Source: Lingula anatina
Lineage: Eukaryota > Animalia > Brachiopoda
Length of the DNA stretch: 64,000 nucleotides
Assembly (NCBI GenBank): GCA_051362555.1
Contig: CM120647.1
Span: 4,526,001 to 4,590,000, forward strand
Direction: 5' to 3'
Within the stretch, counting starts at the first letter, position 1. Each line of letters opens with the position of its first letter. Positions 53,768-64,000 of this stretch are shown one piece after another. Both the position numbers and the translations under genes were made by a program. Below the pieces are notes generated by a model, which made no database searches, had not been told where the DNA came from, and saw nothing but the letters and a program-made list of their open reading frames with translations.

Positions 53768-54191
53768 ATTCCTAAAGTCGCTGTTACAGACTTGTCGTGC
53801 CAAAGTGAACCCCTGCGTTGCCAAAACAAGTAAAGTCGAATTGCCGTGCCTTTGCCTTCAGTGCATAAATATAGACATGTGTATACCTAAGGGACCTGTT
53901 CTTCCACGCTGTTGATCAACAGAAGAATATAAGACAAAATGCTATGCAATATGTAATGGTAGCAGAGCGTTCTCATCGCATGCAGGTGTTTATCATGATA
54001 ATAAAACGACCAGCCTATACTTAAAGTCACGTTCATGTTTTTGCATATATATATATATATATATATTTGCCATTTTGTATATATTGGTGTAAAAAACGTG
54101 ACGAATGCGGGCGAGATCAGATTTCATCAATAATCAGATTTCATCAATAATAAGGCAAACTGTTGCCTTTTTTATGAAAATATGTTATAAG

Positions 54192-54777
54192 CACCCTGAG
54201 CTTCAGAGATAACTTGACACTATAACCTCTTCACTATAGCCTATCTTCATCATGTCAAGTTATTACCTCTGACCACATTCGATTGCCTCCGCCGCCCGCA
54301 CTCAATGACTCTTGAACGATCTAGCCAATGAACGCGAACGAGTCAAAGCGCGCTTTGTTCAAATCCGGACCAATCAAAGATAAGTCTGAATATCAGGGAC
54401 TTGCCGTAACCTGTGGGCAGCACGCAAAATACATCATCCCTCAGTAGATAATTATGCAGGGCATCAAACTGCTCTGGTTTCAATTCCGATATACTCCATG
54501 CTTTCTTTGTGTACGGTTATGCACTCGGAACTACTCGGATGTCTCCGCACTCGACAATAACTGTTGTTAGTATGGAGCTTGCGGAATCAGCCGAGGATTG
54601 CCGATTGACGGTCAACCAATCAGCGTTTTCACCAAACTTTGGTAAAAAATTTTGAAACATGGATTCGATTGGCTTATATAAACTAGGTCAAACTATTTTC
54701 GTCAGAGGTAACTTGGCATGATGAAGATAGGCTATAGTGAAGAGGTTAGTGTCAAGTTATCTCTGAAGCTCAGGGTG
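54192..54777. mobile_element. hAT- or P-like non-autonomous element (586 bp) upstream of copy C
   Basis: About 80-bp TIR starting CACCCTGAGCTTCAGAGATAACTTGACACT, 8-bp TSD GTTATAAG. Empty sites upstream of A, B and D. Confidence 0.9.
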
Positions 54778-55674
54778 GTTATAAGGGACTCAAAGCTCCA
54801 CAACAAAACAATTAAACTAAAATGACGGCACGGGGTTATATTGTTTTAAACCCATGCAAAGACAGATACATTATTGAATAATATGATGCAGGAAACCCTT
54901 ATTTTCAGTAGTGAAACTGTATCAACAAAGATATGCTTTCGAGTATGGGACGTTATAGTCTTGTACGTTTATTCCAGACATTAAGCTGAAGAAGGAGAAT
55001 TAAGCATAAGTGTGTTTATAACCAGCAGTTTTCACAACGATATCCTACCCGCATTGTATCTTGAAGTAAAACATATGTAGTGAACAATGAAAAACCGGTA
55101 TCTTCTCATTATCAAAACCTGATAACATATGTCTACATAATTTGCAATTCCGAATCACTGAAAGATACATTACGATAACAAAATTTAGCAATGAAAACTT
55201 CATATATGGTCCTAATTATGGAACAAATTGTTTTCATTTCATCAATGAATTATCACATTTTATGTTATTCATTGCTTCCTGTTGTCTGTCAAAACTGCTG
55301 TTCATCTCAACTACAGCAATTGTCCGAGTCGCACGTTGATAGGCCGTTGATAGGCCTAATTGCAATACGGGGTTGGTACAGACGGCATTAGACCCGTGAT
55401 TTCCACAATTCTTTGTGGAAATCACAACGAAACATTGGATTGAGGAGGTACAGGTTATGATATTAAATAAATGGTACAAAATATGTATATTTTCATCGCC
55501 ATTTTATATTTTATTTAATTATATCTAATTATAAAATAATGGTATCCGGAATAAACAATTACACCTGTGAGCTGATCATTTGTTAGCGGTCATTTTGAGC
55601 AATGTTGTCAGCAGACTGCATAAAATATCAGTGAGACGTAAATGATCCCGCTCCAACATGAAGGTGTCATCTGC

Positions 55675-58600
55675 TTATAACATGAATACATCATCGTGTC
55701 TGTCTTCACTTATCTCAACTATTTGCCTGGGACGCATCTCCAAAGCAATATTATCCTTAGTATCGCCCGGAAGTAAATGTTTTCCTATCTCAAACGATCT
55801 CTGTTCATCCGCGGGTTCTTTAGATTTACTCCCAGAATGCCAGACAATGCCTTTGAATACGTCATATCGCCTTGGCAACCAACCAGCACGGAATGCAACG
55901 TTTGTGACGTAGGACACGAGTAAGATACTTAACAAGCTGAGGAGCATACTAGTCGTCCTATAGGGGAACGGTTGGAAATCAGTTTCTTCCTCATACCAAG
56001 GCCACCGTAAAACTGCTTGCAGACCTAGCAACGGCTCCCCGCTAAGTACCCGGATGATCAATCCCACTACATACCCAGCAATTGATCCGTAGATGTTTGC
56101 ACCGTCTACATACAAGACCGAAGTCAGCTGAGGGAAAAGTATGACGTAGACAAGATCGGAGGACAAAATGGCCAGATTGAAAATACTGGTGATCTTGATG
56201 GCCAAGACCGTAGTCAGAATGGCCATGAGGGTCATAAATACTCGCATGGTCCAAATAAGTTCACGTTCGCTGGCCTGGAAAATGTAAAGCAGGTTGCAGT
56301 TCTTCACTGAAGGGCAAACTATACACAAGTCACCAAATGTGTAACATGTCGCATGTATACATATAAAAATAGCTCGTTGAAGCAATATTGTAAAAAAAAA
56401 AGCGCTTGACACCTGTAGAAAATGGAAAATTTGCAGCAAATTTGCTGCAAAGTAAAAGTCTATGGCAACAAGTTTGCAAGAAAAGGTTTATTGTTGCTAA
56501 TATGAGCCTTCATTTTTGCATCAGGCCTGACAGTTTGCTTAGAGTTATCATTCTGAAAGCAAACGGGCTCCTTTTTAGTTCCTGCTTTTTTAGTTACATT
56601 TACGATTTATTAGTATACATTCTGACCACACATGTTTAAAATATGATTTATACCTGCATGCACGTATATTATTTGTATGTTTCTTATTAAAACAAATATT
56701 AAACAGGTACAATTCAAACTGCCAAGACGGTCCTGTTTAACAGATTTTTTTCTTTTTTATGCAAAGTAATTTATGTAACAATGTTATCAAAATATTGCAT
56801 AACACCTTACAGTTGCTTTCTCGTTAAAAAAAGGATGAAACTATCTAGCAAATACCTTTCCCATTCTTGCGGGTTTGTAGATATTGTTGGAAAACATGGA
56901 GCTCGAGGAAAGCAAAATGGAGTCTGCAGACGACATCACTGCAGCGGAAATAGCGCCAAGATCAATCAGAGAAACTAAAAAATAAATAACTAAATAAATG
57001 AAAACGTATACATGTACTGGCATACATATATATTATACCAAATCATTGTACAGAGTCTGGCTCTTTAATGTGCTGTTTTACATATAATCACTGTGTATGC
57101 TTCCATATTATATTATATTATATTCTTGACTGTGACGGTTTAATTGAATGTTTAAACATTTAATGGCTATATTTTAATCTATTGTAAACTCATATTTTAT
57201 CATAATATTACCTACGAATGGACACACATACTGCAAGACAAGCGGTGCGATCAGTTTTAAGTCATCTGTCGGAAACGGAAGTTCTCCGTCGTAGGCTGTG
57301 GCATTCCAATCTAAAAGCAAAACAGTTTTTATTACCTTACTAGAAAGTACACTGCCTGGCAACGATCATTAAATGGATATATATCATCTGCTGGAAACGG
57401 AAGTGCTCTGTCGTACGCTGGCGTTCCAATCTGACACCAAATTAGAATAGATAAAATATACAGGGTTACTACTTAATATGGAATATTATTTTTTGTCGAG
57501 TAAATTTTCTGCAAAATATTTATTTTCTCTCTAACTACTTTAAATCCCAAACTGAAGTGTCACTCCATGTGTAGCCAGGTGTGTTACCTAATTACCACAC
57601 AACTCTCAAAACAATTAATGCATGCAGTTGCATGTTCTGTGGTCAGAAATGTGAGGGGTGGTCTTTTTGGCAATTTCTGCACGTGTATAAAAACGCATAG
57701 GTTTGGCCAATCTTTGGAGTGTATTTAGAGAAGCAACAAAGGGATCGCTCTGAAACTAGACAGGTACCTTAGAGATGATATGGTTCGACTGCTAAGCAAC
57801 GCAGCTTTCTATGGGATTCTTGCTCTCAGAGAAAATGGCCAGAAACGGACAGCCATTGACAGGCAATGCAACATTTATCAGGAACCGTTAGTAAAGTCCT
57901 CCAAAGAAATGCTAAAAGAAAGGCACCTACTCCAATACCTCGACCAGGGTGTCCGCGTATCACACCAAGAAGACAGAATCGCCTTTTCCTTAGAATGCGC
58001 CGTGCTGGTCGTACAAAGACAACCAGTGTCCTCAGAAAAGAGTGGCAGAATGTCATTCAAACGCCCGTTTCAAGGTCACTCGTGAACAAGAGATTACTGC
58101 AAGGCGGTTATTTTCCACGAAAACCAGTAGGGGAACTACTGTTAACAGCAGGTCATATACAGCGACGTCTGCAATGGGCTGGGGACCACGTGCGTTTGCA
58201 GCCAAAACACTGGAATCACGTCGTTTTCGGTGATGAGGCCAGATATGGAGTTTTTAGGGTTGACGGTCGAATCCATGTCCGCCGACGTGTACGAGGGGTA
58301 TAAAACGATGATTGTGTACCGCCTAGGGTGTAATCAGGGGGTCGTAACGTCTCTGTTTGGGGAGCATTTCATGTCGGTGCCCAGAACCAGTTGGTTTGTC
58401 TGGGAGGCAACCTCAACCAGGGTTCCTACAGAGACATTCTACAGCAAACAATGCTTCGATTTGTAAGAGTCAACTTCAGGAACAACTTTGTGTACCAAGA
58501 CGACTGCGCAACCCCTCATCGCGCTCGCAGAATCACTGATTTTATTCGAAACCAATGGGTTCAGCAACTGCCCTGGCCTGCAAACTCCCCAGATATGAAC

Positions 58601-61600
58601 CCAATTGAAAATCTGTGGGCGGAAGTAACTCACAGAATTAGTAGCTATGGTCATCGGTCGGTAAATAGTGATTAACTGCGACAGGCAAATATCACTGCGT
58701 GGAATGATATTCCCATCCAAACTCTTAAAAACTTGTCACAGGGTATGCCATGTAGGATGAGGGCGCTGCAAGCGGCTGCTGGAGAACACACTCGCTGTTG
58801 AGGACTTTTCATGATTTGCTGTAATGAGCTCTTTGCGCTGCAGAGCAGATTACTAGAGGTATAAGAGTCGTTCTAAATATACCGTAGAAGCATAACATTG
58901 TTTAAAAGACTCGGTACATTGGACATCTGACCAAGAAGTACATTATGAATGTCTAAAGTACATTATTATGTCCACCAATGCCCAAAACATGTTTTGGCCA
59001 TGATAAATTACCAACAGACACTGCCACCATCCCTATGAGTAGAGGCGGGATTGTGCACACTGCAAATCCTGCTGCGCCTGCGTACAACATCATCTCAGCC
59101 AACCTCGATGACTTCATCGCCAATGCTCGCTGCCACAGAGCCTGTATAATGACAAACATAAATACTATTTCGAAACATAAGTAATGAATCATTTTATCAT
59201 GTGGCTTCCAGCTTACACATACAAATCCAGTTACTCCTCCCCACCGCAACATGATTTTGAAAACATTGAAGTCCTAAAATAGCCATCCCCTCCTCGAAAC
59301 ATCTTCTCTAAGCCTATGCCTACTAGGGTATAAAAGAAACGAGCGCTTTTACCTGCCAAGGTATTCCTCCCATCATGATTTGTAGCAGTATGTCTATGTA
59401 AGTGCTGATATCGTGGTTAGGGACTGTCCTTACCCACTTCTCTGTTGTCTCTGATAGTGACGTCATCAGGGGGTTGGACATTGCGAACGGAATGGCCAGC
59501 CACTAGGAAAGAAAGGAAAAAAAAGGATGTTACAACCAGAGAAAACACTTCTCAATGATCTCGAGTTCGACAAATCTACTGGTAAACAGGAGTGCAGCCA
59601 CCTTAAATCGGTTGTTTCTTACTGTACTTAGGCTGCTGTTCAGGGAATTAACAAAAGTTACTGTACATATGTGTGTGGGTACAGGGACACATTACCACTT
59701 GTGGGAAAGCATGGTGATATTGTTATCTTTGTATTACCTACAACGTTAGCTATTACAAACAAAAGCGAGTAAAACTTACCAGGCCTACAAAGATGAACAA
59801 CATCTGCATGACGTCAGTGTAGGAGACCGAGTAGAGTCCTCCAAACAACGTGTATATCAGGACCACTGCTGTCGACAGCGTGATGGCGATCCAGTGGTCG
59901 AATCCGACAACCACGGTCAGAGTTGTACCTAGATCGATGGACACCACAATATACCTCTTTTTCAAAATGTGAAATTCTGAAAATGAAGTCAGCCTCTTTT
60001 TTCATAGACTTTCGCGTGTGTATAAGTGCATTTTTATGAAATAGTAGAACTGTAGTTAAAATTAAAATGCATGTGTGTGTGTGCGTACACCAGCGCCAGT
60101 GGTTGTGTATAAGATCGAAATTTTATTTTATCAACGCATTTTAACCAATTACTTTTAGTTTAAAGGGCTACTTATATAAACAAATAAATAAAAAAGTTGA
60201 CTATTTTTGACAATGTAAATACTATATGTATAAATGATCGACAACCTTTTTTAATTTTGATAGTCTGGTTGGTAAGTTTCAAGTGACGCCATTGTAGGAC
60301 AACATCTTCCTGCGACTGTAATGTCGTAATGACAAAGCATAGGTAATCAAACGCCTAGGTGACAAAGTTGAAACAAAAACATTGAAGCAAAATTGTGTGG
60401 CACTTGGATTCTTTGATATCTAATATCGGACAATAAGAAGGACATCGGTTGTTTTCCTTTAAATTTGGAGGTAATAAAATGTAACATATGCAAATCCTAG
60501 CCTTCTTGGCAGTTTCTTTAAACATAAGTTTAGCAAAGCTAAACTTCTATTTGGAAATTGAGAGCATAATAAAAATGTCCAAAGTACATATCTTCAATAT
60601 ATTATATTATATTATATTATATTATATTATATTATATTATATTATATTATATTATAATCTTCTTGAATGTTACTGGATTTTTGTTGAATTTTTAAATAAA
60701 ATATAATGCATTCCATTCCATTATGCCTCTCCTCCAACGGACATGATTCTGGGAGATCCTCTTCAGATCGGCCCATGTCATTCTGGCTGTCTTCATTTCA
60801 GTGTCCGTGCTCCTTCGCCAAGTCTGCCTGGGTCTTCTAACTTTCTGCTTTCCCCGGGGGTTCCAGTCTAGTGAATGGCGAGTTACGTTTGATGTTGGTT
60901 TGCGTAACGTATGGCCTATCCACCTCCATTTCTTCCTTCTGATGTCTATTTCTATTGCTGTTTGTTTTGTTCTATCCCAGATGTTACGCAAGATGTTACG
61001 CAAGCACCTTTTGACGAAAAGATTGCAAACTTTCATTTTCCTCGTGACATTAGCGAAGTCGAGGTCTTCCAGTGGTGAATGTCCACTGGATGCCGGTCTT
61101 ATGGCCTGCATGGGATTGCGGCACAATCCAGTCTACCACCATCAGAAAAATTACTGGTGACAACATGCATCCGTAACGTACACCGGTCTGTATCTTGAAG
61201 GGATCAGTTAGCTTTCCCTCATGTATGACTCGGCAGGTTGTATCTTCATACAGCTGCTGAATGATAGTGATGTGCTTTGGGGGAAAGCCATAGCGCTGCA
61301 TCAGTTTCCAGATGACCTCCCTGTCCACGCTGTCCACGCTCCCTGTCCTTCGGGAAGTTTACAAAATCGCTGTACATTGGTGTCTGTCAATCCAATGACT
61401 GCTCTATGATGATTCTCATTGTGGCGATGTGGTCTGTACAGGCTCTATCTTGGCGGAAGCCTGCTTGTACGTCTCGCAGGGTCTTGTCGAGGGCAGTCTT
61501 AAAACTCTTCAAGATAATTTTTAGCAGTGCTTTTCCAGGTATAGAAAGTAGCATAACCCCTCTCCAGTTGTTGCACAAGGTGAGGTCTCAAAGTTGGCGG

Positions 61601-63195
61601 CAATGTGTTCAGCTTTGGTAATTCAACTACTGCGGCTAAGTTTCGTCAACAAATAATTTTAGCGAGATCATTTAGACGGCTGACAGCCAAAAACTCTCGC
61701 GAACTATTCACTCTCCGAATCTCTCCACACTGCATTCTGGCCTAACAAAACGCCGATGCTCTCTGCTCTTTTCAGATTACTTCTTGCTAACTTAGAGTGA
61801 AAGTGAACCCTGCAACATAACCTGAATGGGTTCACACCACCTTAGAATTGCGTCACCTGACTGTTGCGCCACCACACGGACTTATCTTATCCTAGATTTA
61901 CATCTGTACAAGACCTATGTCAAAACTAACAGAATGGATTATTTTTAGATAATGATAAATAACGACTTTGGGTACTTGAATAATCTCTTTTTTTTAGTAT
62001 ACCTTTAAATACAACACCTTACCTAATGAAGATAAAGTAGCAGCACACCAAAATATATCCCCTGTAAAAGCTGGCAAGAACAAAAACCCCGTCATGATTT
62101 TACCAAACCTCCGGTTGAAGGGATCCAGCATAGTGACATTATTGCCTTTGCGCATCTTTTTGACAAAGAATGCAGCTGAAATTTTGAAAATAAATAGCTT
62201 AAAGTCTATGCAAAACAGTGGTAAATTGTGCAATGTTTATGCGAAATCTATCTAAAATCATTCAATGATCACATCAGATTTTTTGCAACAAAAAGTTGGA
62301 TATTAAAGTTTAAATGCTTAATTTTTCAAATTCTGAAAGATGCATATCTACAGTATTAACGACATTCAAGTGATGTTCAGAAGAGTATTACTGAGTATTC
62401 ACAATTCCAATTTTTACCATTGTGTCATTCTCAAAGGTATACGTATCAGTGAGGAGACTTTACTTCTTGCGTAACATATGGTAAATTTTGTTGCACCAGT
62501 ACACGACCATTGTTTATTACCTAAAATAATACCCATACAGTACCCTAGCGGCATACTGAGCGAGGACAAACCGAAAGTGTAGATACCCTCTGCAACCCCG
62601 CTGATCAGAGTGCCATCTACCCACGTGGCTAGAAATCAGGGATAACAACTCTTTGAATGAGATCCATATTTCATAATAATTGCATTGAAAACAACATATA
62701 CCGTATAAATATAATAAACTGTTATCACAATTATTCTGACAACTGTGCTTGCCATCGAACCACGTGGCTCCTGTGGATGGCTGCCCACTGTAATAATCTC
62801 TTAAGTTGGATAAAAAACTCTAAAGGGATTGTTACAAAGATAAAATAATAAAATAATATTAAAAAATAACGATGAAACACTATTTGTGAAAGATAAGATA
62901 GAATATGTTTTTTTTTGTTGCCTTCAACTCAAAAGCAAAAACTGTTGAAATATTTAAAATTATTATTGTTGTTATCAATTTCTTTATTATTATTTATATA
63001 CAATATAGAAACAAACTGACCTGTCATAGTAAATATACCTATAAATACCCCAATATTTCTCCCTGCTAGCAAGATATCCTCACTCGTCGCATCCCTCCCC
63101 TTCTTTTTATTTTTCCACGCCGCCCAGATCCCAAGGATGAAGATAAGCAAGTAGAATACAATTATGACGACGAGTCCCCACACATGAAGAGCCAT
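55675..63195 (-). CDS. SLC5A7: SLC5A7/CHT1-like sodium:solute symporter, copy D (560 aa if the 57310 acceptor is used)
   Basis: Exons 63195-63021, 62628-62521, 62175-62023, 59928-59780, 59502-59353, 59141-59012, 57310-57212, 56974-56856, 56274-55675. Open frame; a frameshifted partial duplicate of exon 7 lies at 57384-57430. Confidence 0.8.
57461..58840 (+). mobile_element. Decayed Tc1 (DD34E) transposon in intron 6 of copy D
   Basis: TA|CAGGGT left end. Frameshifted transposase 57780-58801 with WNHVVFGDE, VWGAF and YQDD-34 aa-E (WPANSPDMNPIENLW). Right TIR not seen. Confidence 0.9.
60711..61589 (-). mobile_element. Truncated, internally deleted RTE-clade LINE in intron 3 of copy D
   Basis: RT motifs CNNWRGVMLLS, QAGFR, DSVDRE, GVRYGCMLSP, LEDLDFA and the C-terminal WRWIGHTLRK...LDWNP...RPRQTW. 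Short (ATGGA)n tail. Absent in copy C. Confidence 0.9.
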
Positions 63196-64000
63196 ATATC
63201 CAAATAAGCCGTTACAGACTTGTCGTGCTAAAGTGTGAAACCCAGCGTTGCCAAAACAAGTCGAATTGTCGTGCCTTTGCCTTCAGTACATAAATATAGA
63301 AATGTGTATACCTAAGGGACCTGTTCTTCCACGTTGTTGATCAACACAAGAATATGAGACAAATGATATGCAATATGTAGTGGTAGCAGAGTGTTGTCAT
63401 CGCATGCAGGTGTTTATCATTATAATAAAACGATCAGCCTATCCTTAAAGTCACGTTCACGTTTTGGCAGACATAACGTGTTTGTCTTTAGTGCGTATTT
63501 TTGTGTATATTGGTGTAAAAAACGTGAAGAATGCGGGGAAGGTTTTTTTTTTTATTTATTTTTTATGGGGTTTTGGGTATTACGTTAGTATATCTTTGGA
63601 AAACACGGGTGGCCCTTATATCTGTAAAGTCAATCGTAGGATACAGATGTTAAGGATATTGTCACCCTTCACCCTTATATACTGTCTAATATATATCCTT
63701 TTGGGTAATACATAAATGTTCAGTATTCAGTAACTATATTAAATAATATTAAGGCAAATGTCATTTTACAGGTGACGCCATAATTGTCATTTTTGGGTAA
63801 AATCTGAAAAATCGGTTTTGATTTCTTATTTTTTTTTTACCTGAGCACCCATGATCACCGTTTCAATACCGATTTATCATCAATAATAAGGCAAACTGTT
63901 GCCTTGGTTTTTAATGAAAATATGTTATAAGGGGCTCAAGGCTCCACAACAAAAACAATTAAACTAAAATGACGGCACGGGGTTATATTGTTTTAAACCC

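Noticed and set aside
1-64000. CRISPR arrays, tRNA/rRNA genes or prokaryotic systems
   Set aside because: None seen; all repeats resolve into microsatellites, transposon ends or gene duplications in spliced eukaryotic DNA.

Overview
AT-rich, intron-containing animal DNA, most likely from a marine invertebrate (inference). All genes lie on the minus strand. (1) 1691-9676: an 11-exon type I membrane receptor with signal peptide, 5 Ig domains, 2 FN3 domains, a TM helix and a short Tyr-motif tail (818 aa as assembled). (2) 13395-28392: a secreted two-EF-hand, extremely Asp/Glu-rich protein. Its single constant exon (13395-14406) is preceded by three tandem, diverged but intact 122-nt first exons (18312-18433, 25585-25706, 28271-28392), each with its own copy of a TATA-like block. 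This variable-first-exon/constant-exon layout is the most novel feature, and the ORF track misses it. (3) 30218-63195: four tandem 9-exon SLC5A7/CHT1-like Na+:solute symporter genes with a remodelled substrate pocket. Copy A has an in-frame TGA, copy B has a Harbinger insertion in its last exon, and copies C and D are open. The region is dense with non-autonomous DNA transposons, several confirmed by empty sites in paralogues, plus decayed Tc1, RTE and Rex/Babar elements. Exon boundaries were read by eye from GT/AG signals and phase continuity; no expression evidence is available.
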